Below are positions 9,202 through 18,416 of a stretch of DNA of 64,000 nt, piece by piece. Location: assembly GCA_963665325.3 (NCBI GenBank), contig OZ224045.1, positions 544,001 to 608,000 on the forward strand, written 5' to 3'. Every line of letters begins with the position of its first letter. Within the stretch, counting starts at the first letter, position 1. Source of the stretch: Alphaproteobacteria bacterium. Lineage in GTDB: Bacteria; Pseudomonadota; Alphaproteobacteria; Bin95. The notes beneath the pieces were generated by a model. It worked only from the letters and a program-made list of their open reading frames with translations. It was not told where the DNA came from and searched no databases. The position numbers and the translations under genes were made by a program.

Positions 9202-11619
9202 CTACTGGACGCGGCGGAGGAACTCGGGGATCTCCATCGGGTCCGGGTGGGCGTCGCGCCCGTTGACCGGCCCGGGCGCGGCGATGCCGTCCGGCCCGCC
9301 CGTGAAGGCCGGGTCGGGATCGGCCGCCCCGGTATCGCCGCGATCGGCGTCCGGGCCGGCGTCGACCGTTTCGGCGGCGCCGTTGCCGGCATCCGCCGTC
9401 ACGCCGTCCGACGGTTCCGGTTCGGGAGCGGCCTCCATCGCATGGCCGTTGCCGACGGGCGGCGCCTCCGCCGATTCGGTCCCGGAGTCGGCGGCGGGTT
9501 CCGCGGACTCCGGCTCGCCGGCCGGCGCGGTCCCGGTGGCGGCGGTCTCCGCCTCCCCGGCGTCGCTGACCGTGCGGCCCGTGTCGAACGCCGCGAATCC
9601 CGGCGGCACCCAGGCGAGCGCCGCGGCGTGCATCGCGGCGCTCACGCCGACCGGGGGGTCGCCGGCGGCGAAGGCGGCCTCCATCGCTTCGGCGAGCGCG
9701 GGCTTCTTGTATTTGGAGCGCGCCGACGCCCAGTTCAGGCCGAACATCGTGCGGGCGATGTCGAGGACGCGCGCCTTGGCGATCCGCGACCACAGCATGT
9801 CGGCGGTCGGGCGGACATGGGCCGCGAAGTCGATGTCGAGCCGGGCGATGGTGGCTTCGAGCTCGGGCCGCGCCTGGGGCTCGAAGGCGAGCTGGCCCTT
9901 CACCGTGCGCGCGACGCAGGCCGCGAACAGCGCCTCCTTCTCGGCCCGGGGCAATGCACGCAGCGCCGCGAAGGATTCGCCGTCGTCCTCGATCTCCAGC
10001 CAGTCCATCGACAGGTGCGAGCGGTCCTCCAGCATCGCCTCGCCCGGCGACCAGTCCGCGAAATCGGCGTCATTCATGCGGGTGTTGGGGCGGTCCGGGG
10101 TTTCCTTGACCGCGATGTCGAGGGCGTGGTCGTGGTAGCCCGGCGCGAACACCGCGCGGCCCATCTGGAACAGCGCGAGGTCGAAGGCGGCCTCGAAGTC
10201 GCCGGCGAGCTTCGCCTTGACCAGCGCCGTGCGGATCGAGCGCAGGTCGTCGGCGAGCCCGATGCCGACGCCCGCCTCCTTGCGTGCCTCGGCCTCGCGG
10301 TCGGGCGGCGGCGCCATCGGCGTGGAAACGGAGGGCCCGGGGACATTGACGCGGTGGGTGACGGCCTCGGGATCGTGGTCGTTGCCGGCGACCGCACCGG
10401 TATCCTCCGACTCGGTCTGCTTCGGCATGTCCTCCGGCTTCACCAGCCCCTGGATGACCTGCATCGCGCCGTCCTGGCCGACGGTGACGATGCAGCCCGC
10501 CATGGCGAAGTCCTCGCGGCGGAATACCGCGCGGGCCTCGACGGCGCCCTCGATCTCGTCGAGACGGGTCTCGATGCGTTCGCCCTCGGCGACCAGCTCT
10601 TCCGTCCAGTCCTCGTCGTCGAGATTGACCAACTCGTCGTGGCGGGTTTGCAGCTTGTCGATCTCCGCACGCTCCTCGTCGGTCGGCGTGCCGGGCTGCG
10701 GCTCGATGCGGCCGTAGCGGGCGGTGTCGCTCCACTCCACCTCGATCATCGCCGTCGCCCACTTCCAGCGGGTCGCCAGTTCGTCGGCGGCCGCCTGGAG
10801 CTTGCCCGTCGCCAGCTTCGCCAGCAGCACCGGGTCCTCGAACCAGACGCCGCTCTCGTCGTCGTGGGCGAACAGGTCGCGCAGCACGGCGCCGCCGGCG
10901 GCCTCATAGGCCTCGACCCCGACGAAACGGGCGACCGCCGTGGCGCCGGGCACGCGCTCCTCGGTGAGCAGGCGCTTCACCTGCCAGGCCGACGGCCGGT
11001 AGCCCTGTCCCGAGACCTGTTCCCAGACCGCCATCTGGCGCTCCCGGTCGGTGGTGACGGCGAAGGCCTTCAGCACTTCGAGGTCGATCTCGTCGGCCCG
11101 GTAGGCGTCGAGCAGTTCGGGCGCGGCGTTGCCGAGGCGCAGGCGCTGCTCGACGATGCGCTCGGAGGCGCCGAAACGCGCCGCGATGGCGGAAACCGAC
11201 TGGCCGGCGTCCGCCAGCCTGGTGAACGCGACCACCTGGTCGGCGGGGTGCATCGGCACGCGGATGACGTTCTCGGCGAGCGAGACCTCGCCGGGCTCGA
11301 CATCCCCGGACCGGACCTGGCAGTGCACCGGATGGTCGGCGTCGAGCACCTTGTCCTCGACCAGCGCCTGCATGGCCCTCAGGCGGCGTCCGCCGGCGAC
11401 CACGGCGTAGCGTTCGACGCCATCCTCGTCGGGGGCGTCAGTCCGGACCACCAGGTTCTCCAGCAGCCCGAGGGCGGCGATCGAAGCCTTGAGCTCGGCA
11501 TCGGCCCGGGGGTCGGGCGGGGTCTTGCGGACGTTCTCGGGGGCGAGCGTCAGCCGGGAGAGCGGAATCTCCCGGATATGCGGCGCGGCGGTATCGGCCC
11601 TGGGGGCGATGAAGTTCAT
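9202..11619 (-). CDS. ParB/RepB/Spo0J family protein (long ICE type)
   Basis: LAPENVRK, ELKASIAALGLLENLVV, VVAGGRRLRA, SLAENVIR and an HTH (SAIAARFG); GGGAGG RBS. Confidence 0.9.
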   Translation of the reverse strand: MNFIAPRADTAAPHIREIPLSRLTLAPENVRKTPPDPRADAELKASIAALGLLENLVVRTDAPDEDGVERYAVVAGGRRLRAMQALVEDKVLDADHPVHCQVRSGDVEPGEVSLAENVIRVPMHPADQVVAFTRLADAGQSVSAIAARFGASERIVEQRLRLGNAAPELLDAYRADEIDLEVLKAFAVTTDRERQMAVWEQVSGQGYRPSAWQVKRLLTEERVPGATAVARFVGVEAYEAAGGAVLRDLFAHDDESGVWFEDPVLLAKLATGKLQAAADELATRWKWATAMIEVEWSDTARYGRIEPQPGTPTDEERAEIDKLQTRHDELVNLDDEDWTEELVAEGERIETRLDEIEGAVEARAVFRREDFAMAGCIVTVGQDGAMQVIQGLVKPEDMPKQTESEDTGAVAGNDHDPEAVTHRVNVPGPSVSTPMAPPPDREAEARKEAGVGIGLADDLRSIRTALVKAKLAGDFEAAFDLALFQMGRAVFAPGYHDHALDIAVKETPDRPNTRMNDADFADWSPGEAMLEDRSHLSMDWLEIEDDGESFAALRALPRAEKEALFAACVARTVKGQLAFEPQARPELEATIARLDIDFAAHVRPTADMLWSRIAKARVLDIARTMFGLNWASARSKYKKPALAEAMEAAFAAGDPPVGVSAAMHAAALAWVPPGFAAFDTGRTVSDAGEAETAATGTAPAGEPESAEPAADSGTESAEAPPVGNGHAMEAAPEPEPSDGVTADAGNGAAETVDAGPDADRGDTGAADPDPAFTGGPDGIAAPGPVNGRDAHPDPMEIPEFLRRVQ

Positions 11620-11803
11620 GCGAACCTCCCTCGATGGTATGCGGAAAAGACGGAAGCGGGGTCGGAAACGGCTCCCGCCGGCTCCGTCCGCGCCGCCCGG
11701 ACCCCGGCCCGGCTCCGCCTCCTGGAGGCGTTACGGGCAGAGGCGGGGTGTGGCGGCGGTACGAGGCGGAATGACGGTGCGGGCAGTGCCCGGACGAACG
11801 CGA

Positions 11804-12121
11804 TCAGGGCTGAAGCGACAGCAGGCTCACCGGGCGGGGTTGGCGGACGAGCCGGTAGCCGCCCGTGGAGGGCTCGACCGCGATGGTCTGCTGCGCCTCG
11901 GGATCGTGCGGCTGGAGGGCAGCGAGAGCGGCCGGCTGGTCGGCATGGACCGGGATCGCCGCGTCGAGCCGGTCCGCGACCGCGCGCCACCAGGCGACGA
12001 TTTCGCTCACCATGACCGGCGCGAACGGCGGCTTGCCGAACGCAACCGCGCCGTTGCTGGCGAACATGCGCTCGCCGTGGCGGTTTTCGTTCGCTATGTG
12101 GAGAGCGGCGGCGTTGCCCAC
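11804..12121 (-). CDS. Hypothetical protein, start uncertain (possibly 5'-truncated)
   Basis: Open frame co-oriented with the backbone; no motif recognised. Confidence 0.3.
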   Translation of the reverse strand: MGNAAALHIANENRHGERMFASNGAVAFGKPPFAPVMVSEIVAWWRAVADRLDAAIPVHADQPAALAALQPHDPEAQQTIAVEPSTGGYRLVRQPRPVSLLSLQP

Positions 12122-12185
12122 ATGCGCTTCAAAGAGCGGACGCCGATTGCCCTGTGCCGGATGTCGAACCGTGTGCAGCGAGCCG

Positions 12186-12692
12186 CTACGCGGCGCAATC
12201 CCATAGCCTGTGCGCTGCAAGAACGGCGAGGAGGACGAAGTGCAGGGCGAGGAATGCCAACGGAATCCATCGCTCGATGTCGGTCACTGAACGATAGGAG
12301 CTGCCTCGTCCCTCTTCCGCCAACCGCCACTCATGCATGTAGAGCGACGCCGGCAGATGCTGTTCGAGTTCGTGAACGATCTCGAACTTCACCACGTTCA
12401 AGTCCCTGTGCGACTTGATGATCCGGTGCCACAGCACCGAAACGAGGGCCCCCAGAACAGGGACGAGCATCGCCCACGAGCCCGGACCGAGATTCGACGA
12501 TTGATATCCGTAGAGGGCGACGAGCGCGACGTTCAGCGTCAGGAGATAGCGGCTCGACGCGACCCGTCGCGCACTTACGTTCTCCGCTGACTGGACGTAG
12601 AGCTTGTACTGTTCGAGTACGGCCTGGTCGAAGGAGCCATCGTAGGTCTCCTTCGTGTAGCGGAACAGTGCCCCCTCCGGCCGGTCGGTCAT
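12186..12692 (-). CDS. RipA/Rip1-like (SLATT-like) small membrane protein
   Basis: LEQYKLYVQSAENVSARR, two TM helices, WHRIIKSHRDLNVVKFEIVHELEQHLP...EW, and a C-terminal TM (ERWIPLAF). Confidence 0.75.
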   Translation of the reverse strand: MTDRPEGALFRYTKETYDGSFDQAVLEQYKLYVQSAENVSARRVASSRYLLTLNVALVALYGYQSSNLGPGSWAMLVPVLGALVSVLWHRIIKSHRDLNVVKFEIVHELEQHLPASLYMHEWRLAEEGRGSSYRSVTDIERWIPLAFLALHFVLLAVLAAHRLWDCAA

Positions 12693-12701
12693 GCTGCGCT
12701 G

Positions 12702-13091
12702 TTACCTCTGACCGGCGATCAGCTTCTTTAGATTGTCCCAGCTCCACGTGTAGATCTTGTCGGATCTCCGCGTCATGGTCGGCTTGTGGCAGGTCTTGTT
12801 GGGGCGTCCCCGTAGCAGAAAGTAGGGCTTTCCCTCTTCCTGAGTGATGGTCAGTTCGGCCGCGACGCCCTTTGCCGTGTGGGTGTGCTCGCCGCAGATG
12901 ACGATGGTGAGGTCGGTTTTGCGGATACGGGTTCGGACCTGATCCTTCCAATTGCTCTCGAATCGCTCCCGAACGGACCGGTCGGCGATCTGGAACGGCG
13001 AATCGGGGTGCTTCGCCTGGCCGACCAGAGCGTCGCGCAGTTCTTCGTCATGGTCGAAATCGAAGCTGATGAACGCTCGCTTTATGGCCAC
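12702..13091 (-). CDS. MTH538/ThsB-like TIR-domain protein
   Basis: GTG start after AGGAGA. RAFISFDFDHD, DRSVRE, IVICGEHT..AKGVAAEL (catalytic-type Glu), YTWSWDNL. Confidence 0.85.
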   Translation of the reverse strand: MAIKRAFISFDFDHDEELRDALVGQAKHPDSPFQIADRSVRERFESNWKDQVRTRIRKTDLTIVICGEHTHTAKGVAAELTITQEEGKPYFLLRGRPNKTCHKPTMTRRSDKIYTWSWDNLKKLIAGQR

Positions 13092-13181
13092 GTTTCGGTC
13101 TCCTGTTCGTCGAGTGTGCCTCCAATCCGTGCAAGGCCCTCGTTCGCCGGGCTGGTGTTGCCCGGAATTTGACAGTGGACC

Positions 13182-13210
13182 GATATGAAAGGTGGCAGCC
13201 TCCCTGTCAA
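13182..13210 (-). promoter_or_regulatory. Possible sigma70 promoter for the TIR-membrane pair
   Basis: Minus-strand TTGACA-N16-TCATAT about 90 nt upstream of the TIR start; the -35 box is one arm of a TTGACAG...CTGTCAA inverted repeat (13169-13210). Confidence 0.35.
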
Positions 13211-13291
13211 CGTGCCTGCCCGCGCCCGACCGCAGGCTTTGTCTCGGCCCTACCCAGTGTAGAATCTCAGGGTCCGCGAATTCTGTAGCGA

Positions 13292-14659
13292 TTAAGTTGC
13301 CATGTCCATGCGCTCGCCCCAAGGCTCGCGGTTCCACGCGGACGGAGGCGGTCCCCAGTTGCAGAAGACGACCGGAAATTGAGGCTCGGCGTCGGGATAT
13401 CGGGAGCACTCCATGTCCGTGAAATACAGGCACACACCCGGGCGGATGCCCTGCTCGTCGAGCCATTCGAAGCCGGGCCGGAAGTCGGTGCCGCCCCGTC
13501 CGCGGACAGCGATCTCCTCGGGAAGCTCGTCGGGCGCGTACTCCGCCGCGTCCTGCACCGCCGCGTCGACCTGGAGCACGACGACGCGCCCGGGCCGGAT
13601 CTCGGCGGCGACCTCGCGCAGCTCCGCCCAGAACGCGGCCAGCGTCGCGGCCGGCAGCGAGCCCGAGGTGTCGACGATGACCGCGATCGCGTCGATGCCC
13701 TCCGAGCGGATCGAGGGGAGATAAAGGCCGGAGTCGATGAAGCGGCGGTTGGGGACGCTCCAGCTGTAGTCGCTCTTCACGGCGTCGGTCATGTAGCGCC
13801 GGAGCAGCGAGCGCCAGTCCAGCGCGCTCGCATGGGCGCCGCGGACGGTCTCTTCGATCCTGCCCGGCGCCTTGCCCTCGGCCTTCGCGAGACTGAGCGC
13901 CTGGTGCATGGCCTCGTCCCAGGCCTGTTCTTCCCGGGTCATGTCGCCTGAAGAAGGCGCGGAATCTTCGCCTTGGTCCCCGGCGCTGTCCGCTGGCGCG
14001 TCCATGACCTCGCCGGTGCCCGAGGGATCGCAGCTTGCCGGGGCGCCGCCGCTGTTGTTGCCGGCGGCACCGTCATTGTTCGAAGCCTCGGTCGAACCGC
14101 CGGCTTCTCCGCCATCGCCGTCACCGGATTGCTCGCCATCATCGCCTTCACCGGACGGCTCGCTCCTGTCGGACATCGGAGTGCCCGCCGCATCGGCGCC
14201 GGAACCTCCCCCGCCGTCCGGCGGACTGCCGTCGCCGGATTCATCTTCGTCCGGCTCCGGCAGGCGGTCGTAGGCTTCCTCGACGCTGATCCCGTCCCAG
14301 GCCTCGGCGTCGGGCGGCAGGGTGAAGCCGGCGTCCCTCAGCAAGCCGTGGGTGACGAGCTGCGAGGCGCGCTGCCAGCGATCCGGGTCTCGTTCTCCGC
14401 GCCGCGTGTGGTGCTTGAGGGCGCAGGCCAGCACCACGCGCGCGATCGCGGTCTCGATGAGGTGGGCGTCGGTCTCCGCGATCCATTGCGGCGAATAGCG
14501 GATCTCGCGACCGTCGCTCGCCAGCGTCTCGCGGCCCATATCGGCGCGGACCGGCAGGCGGAGCGCCAGGCTGCCGAAGAAGGGCTGCTCCCTCAGCAGC
14601 GCGGTCACGCAGCCGCTGACGCGCTGCGCCGATTCCGAGCGCACGCGGGCGGCCATCAC
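13292..14659 (-). CDS. DUF2201-type metallopeptidase-like + VWA domain protein
   Basis: PFFGSLAL, TLASDG, LDWRSLLRRY, YSWSVPNRR, VIVDTSGS (MIDAS), GRGGTDFRP, YFTD. Confidence 0.85.
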   Translation of the reverse strand: MMAARVRSESAQRVSGCVTALLREQPFFGSLALRLPVRADMGRETLASDGREIRYSPQWIAETDAHLIETAIARVVLACALKHHTRRGERDPDRWQRASQLVTHGLLRDAGFTLPPDAEAWDGISVEEAYDRLPEPDEDESGDGSPPDGGGGSGADAAGTPMSDRSEPSGEGDDGEQSGDGDGGEAGGSTEASNNDGAAGNNSGGAPASCDPSGTGEVMDAPADSAGDQGEDSAPSSGDMTREEQAWDEAMHQALSLAKAEGKAPGRIEETVRGAHASALDWRSLLRRYMTDAVKSDYSWSVPNRRFIDSGLYLPSIRSEGIDAIAVIVDTSGSLPAATLAAFWAELREVAAEIRPGRVVVLQVDAAVQDAAEYAPDELPEEIAVRGRGGTDFRPGFEWLDEQGIRPGVCLYFTDMECSRYPDAEPQFPVVFCNWGPPPSAWNREPWGERMDMAT

Positions 14660-15555
14660 GCGGCCTCCGCAGAGACCATGGCCGCCGGCACGAAATACCC
14701 CGCGAACCGCTCCGCCAGCGCGTCGGCGTCGCGCTTGACGCGGGCCCGCGCGACCGGATCGAAACTCTTCGACGGCCTGAGCGCGTCCGGCTCGACGCCG
14801 GCGATATTCTCCTTCACCTGCTCGCAGAGCCGCGCGAGCTCGCCGTCGCCGAAGATGTTGAGCCGCGGCACGATGTCGACCAGGTCGCGGATATTGCCGA
14901 TCATCGAATCCCGGAACACCAGCGGCTTGCCCTCACCGTCTTCCTGCAACCGTTCGGAGACCCGCTCGACGGCCTCGCCGAGGCGCCGGTAGAGGTCGCC
15001 CACGGCGTCGTGCAGGCGTTCCTCGATCTGGCTCTCGATGTCGCGCTTGACGCGGTCGGTGTCGTCGGAGGCGAGTTTCGCCATGAAGTGGTCGGCGTCG
15101 GGCACCGGGATAATCCGGTAGCGCAGGCCGAACTTGCCCTGGAGCGCCTCCTTCGAGGGATAGTCCTCGATGCGGAACAGCTTGCCGAGGTCGAGCCGGG
15201 CCTTGTCGATATTGTCGTCGTAGTCCTCGATGAAGCGGGCGCGCTCGCGCACCATGCGTTCGCGCAGCCCGTCCATCAGATCCGTGTAGCCCTCGTAGTT
15301 GGCGACGGTGAGCAACCGGCTCCCCTGGTCGTCCCAGGGCAGGGTCTGGGCGTAGTGGGTGCTGCGGGCCGCGCTCATGGTGGCGGTCAGCGCGGCGAAG
15401 GCGGCCCTGGGCAGCAGGCACTTGTTGTAGCGCCCGGCGCTGACGCTCGCCTCGTGGTGGACGGCGACGTGGGTGCTGGCCTTGCGGTCGTACTGGCGGC
15501 CCGACCAGGCGGCGATGCGCAGGCTGACCAGCATGGCGTCATGGCTGAGATTCAT
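14656..15555 (-). CDS. DUF3150-like helical protein of the AAA/VWA trio
   Basis: LVSLRIAAWSGRQYD, TLPW, LFRIEDYP; lies between the AAA and VWA genes with an ATGA overlap. Confidence 0.65.
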   Translation of the reverse strand: MNLSHDAMLVSLRIAAWSGRQYDRKASTHVAVHHEASVSAGRYNKCLLPRAAFAALTATMSAARSTHYAQTLPWDDQGSRLLTVANYEGYTDLMDGLRERMVRERARFIEDYDDNIDKARLDLGKLFRIEDYPSKEALQGKFGLRYRIIPVPDADHFMAKLASDDTDRVKRDIESQIEERLHDAVGDLYRRLGEAVERVSERLQEDGEGKPLVFRDSMIGNIRDLVDIVPRLNIFGDGELARLCEQVKENIAGVEPDALRPSKSFDPVARARVKRDADALAERFAGYFVPAAMVSAEAA

Positions 15556-15579
15556 GGGGCAATTCTCCCGACAGGGTTG

Positions 15580-16605
15580 CTACTGCGTGCGGGCGGCGGC
15601 CCAGCGGATGAAGGCAGGCGAGCGCTGAAGGTCTGGATCGCGCCGGATGCAGGACCCGACCAGGAACTCGCCGACCTCGCGGCGCAGGCGCTGGGCGTAG
15701 GTGACGATCGAGGCCAGCGTGATGTCGTCGGCCATGCGGTAGAGCGAGCCGCAGAGCGCGATCAGCGCGCTCGCATTGTCCGGCACGACCGCGTTCTCGG
15801 GATCGTCGAGCACAGCCTGGGGATGGGGCAGCTCGCGCCACACCGTGAGGAAGGCCGAGAACTCCACCGCCGCGGCCTCGCCCACGGTGCCCCGGAACAG
15901 CGCGCGCTCCACCGTCGGATCGAGATTGCCGCGCCGGTTGACGACGTTGGAGACTATCTCCCAGGTCCTGGGACAGCAGAACGCCTTCTCCTTCGCCTGC
16001 GGATCGAAGGCGTGCAGCAGATCCGGGCGCATCTGGATGTAGAACAGCACCTCCGGCGCGATGCCGTTCGCCGCCCCCCAGGCGAGCCAGTCCTCCGCGT
16101 CGACCCGGATCTCCAGGTGGACGAAGCGGGACGCCAGCGGCGTCGGCATCCGGTGCACCACGCCCCGGTCGCTCTCCCGGTTGCCGCAGGCGATCAGCGA
16201 GGCGCCTTCCGGCAGCTCGTATTCGCCCACCTTGCGGTCGAGCACGAGCTGGTAGAGCGCGGCCTGCACCATCGGCACGGCCGAGGGCAGCTCCTCCAGG
16301 TTGATGAGCCAGCGGCCGGGGTCGCCGGCGGGCGGCAGAAAGGCCGGCGGCGCCCAGCGGGTCCGCCCGTCCGCGTCGCGCCAGGGGATGCCGCGCAGGT
16401 CGACGGGGTCGAGCAGCAGCGCGCGCACGTCGACATAGCGGCGCGCGGCCCCGGCCGCGGTCTGTTGGGCGAGCGCGCTCTTGGCGCAGCCCGGAGCGCC
16501 CCACAAGATCGTGGGCTGGCGGGCTTCGACCAGCAGCGCCAGGGTGGCGGCGAGCTCGCTCGGGCGCAGCGTGTAGTCGGCGGAAACGGTGTCGGGATCG
16601 GTCAT
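15580..16605 (-). CDS. MoxR-like AAA+ ATPase
   Basis: WGAPGCAKS (Walker A variant), DPVDLRGIP, INLEEL (Walker B), ACGNRESD, LASRF, PRTWE. Confidence 0.85.
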   Translation of the reverse strand: MTDPDTVSADYTLRPSELAATLALLVEARQPTILWGAPGCAKSALAQQTAAGAARRYVDVRALLLDPVDLRGIPWRDADGRTRWAPPAFLPPAGDPGRWLINLEELPSAVPMVQAALYQLVLDRKVGEYELPEGASLIACGNRESDRGVVHRMPTPLASRFVHLEIRVDAEDWLAWGAANGIAPEVLFYIQMRPDLLHAFDPQAKEKAFCCPRTWEIVSNVVNRRGNLDPTVERALFRGTVGEAAAVEFSAFLTVWRELPHPQAVLDDPENAVVPDNASALIALCGSLYRMADDITLASIVTYAQRLRREVGEFLVGSCIRRDPDLQRSPAFIRWAAARTQ

Positions 16606-16757
16606 CGGCGGCCTCCGGATCGGCGGGATGGGCGCGCGGTCACCCCCTCCGGGGCTCCGTGCCTTCGACCGGCCGGCAGCGCCGCTCGGCTCGTCGCGGC
16701 CGGAGGCATGGGGCCGAAGCCGACAGCGGGGTGGCGGCGGGGTGCGGGACGCCGGGA

Positions 16758-17573
16758 TCAGGCGCTGTTCAGGCCGGTCGGGCCGTCATGGCCGGCGAAG
16801 GCCGGGGAGATGCCGGTCAGCTCCGGCAGCGGGACGCCGGACGGCGACAGGGTGTGGCCGATGCGGCGTTCGAGGGCGGCGTAATGCGCATAGAGCGCCG
16901 GCTGAAGCCGCGCGGCGGTGCGGAGATCGGTGCGCGAGGCCATGATGCAGAAGACGCAGGAGAGCCTGGACATGCCCATGGCGTAGGCCGGATGCGGCGA
17001 CTGTCCGGCGTCGCGGATGGCCCGGAAGACCTCGCGTTCGGTAAGGTCGAAGATCGGCAGCCAGTCGTACCAGCTGCGGCCCGCGCGGGAGTTGCGCTCG
17101 CTCAGGCGCCAGGGGGACTTCCTCGCACGGGCCGGGCTTTCCCCGGCGCGCATGCCCATGGCGCTGACGATCCTGCCGCCGAAGCGCGGGTTGGCCTTGA
17201 GGTAGCGGCGAAGTTCGCGCTCGATGGGTCCTCGTTTAAGCGAGCTGGTACACCACCGGACATTCGGGGAAGGAAACCGTCCCCGTTCCTCGATGCTGTC
17301 GAGCAGGGTCTTGCCGGAAGCGACCGGCGCGAGGATCAGGGGCATGCCTGGCGGGAGCGTCGCCCGGATGAACTCGACCGTGCCCGGCCATTCGACTTCG
17401 GCCAGCGGCGCATGGACGGCAACCAGCCGGTCGCGGGGGACGAGCCGCGACAGGAGGATCGTCATGGCTTGCGAGTCCTTGCCGCCGCTGGTCGAGATCG
17501 ACACGAGGGCGCCGGCCCGGATCATGTCCCGGCACTCGGGGAGAATGTGGATTTCAGCGATGCGGCTGGACAT
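16758..17573 (-). CDS. Phosphoadenosine phosphosulfate (PAPS) reductase family protein
   Basis: SGGKDS PP-loop, RWCTSSLKRGP, GMRAGESPARA, HPAY..GMSRLSCVFC. Confidence 0.9.
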   Translation of the reverse strand: MSSRIAEIHILPECRDMIRAGALVSISTSGGKDSQAMTILLSRLVPRDRLVAVHAPLAEVEWPGTVEFIRATLPPGMPLILAPVASGKTLLDSIEERGRFPSPNVRWCTSSLKRGPIERELRRYLKANPRFGGRIVSAMGMRAGESPARARKSPWRLSERNSRAGRSWYDWLPIFDLTEREVFRAIRDAGQSPHPAYAMGMSRLSCVFCIMASRTDLRTAARLQPALYAHYAALERRIGHTLSPSGVPLPELTGISPAFAGHDGPTGLNSA

Positions 17574-17967
17574 GGATCGGTCTCCCCGGCGGTGGCGTGG
17601 AAGGCCGCTCCGCGGCCCGGAATGCGCCCCGCCGAGGCCGGCCACTGCCTCCTGGCGGCGCCATGCGGCCGGGGGATTGAACGTCGAGCGATGGGGAGAT
17701 GCTCCGGCGGAAGCGCGTCGCAACCGCTGATGGCTCGTTTCGAGCGTCGGGAAGACGGCGCAAGGACCGTTCGGGCGCCCGGACTTCGCCCCGGTCGCGC
17801 CGGTCCCCCTGGGTGGCGATCGCGGCGGTTGCGAGGCGTGGCGCCGGAGTGCTAACTGCCGGTCACGCGCGGCCGGCGGCTGCGACCGGAAACGGGGTGA
17901 AACTCGCCTTCGGCGGAAGGAGAGCCGGCGTTTCGGTAGATGCGAGACAGAGGGGGTGGTTACCGTC

Positions 17968-18357
17968 ATGGACGCGAAGGCACGCCGGAATGTTCCGGCC
18001 TTTGTCAGAATCCTGGCGCTGATGTGCGTCAGGCAATCGATGCTCGAAACCCTGCACGAGGGCCTCAGCCCGATCACCCGGACCGGGGACTATTCGGACG
18101 TGGTGGTTGTCGATGCCGAAGGGCAGCGCATCCCCTGGCCGGAGGTGTCGCGGTTCGACGACAACGAAATGCGCGACCTGATGCGCGAAATCGTGAACAA
18201 GCTCTACACGTTCTTCATCAAGGCCGAGGACCCTGATTTCAAGGCGTGGACCGATTTCGTGCGGCCGCACAGCTACCACTGGGACAGGCCGAAGATCGAC
18301 AAGGTTCTGATGCACCATGTGAAGGTATACGCCCGCGGCCGCGCCAAGAAAGGCTGA
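17968..18357 (+). CDS. Conserved hypothetical protein
   Basis: CVRQSMLETLHEG.SP...TGDYSDV.VVD..G..IPW..VSR..D.EM; typical codon usage. Confidence 0.7.
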   Translation: MDAKARRNVPAFVRILALMCVRQSMLETLHEGLSPITRTGDYSDVVVVDAEGQRIPWPEVSRFDDNEMRDLMREIVNKLYTFFIKAEDPDFKAWTDFVRPHSYHWDRPKIDKVLMHHVKVYARGRAKKG

Positions 18358-18416
18358 AGCGGATCCGGCACGGTCGGATGGCGAATGCGCGATGGCGCGG
18401 GATCGGAGGAACCGGG

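Noticed and set aside
16758-17573. Dnd/Ssp phosphorothioation system based on the PAPS reductase
   Set aside because: No cysteine desulfurase, DndD/E or Ssp partners nearby; solo PAPS reductases are common on such elements.
78-17855. Long plus-strand ORFs (e.g. 666-1994, 9133-12015, 15010-16884)
   Set aside because: Antisense shadows of motif-bearing minus-strand genes in high-GC DNA.
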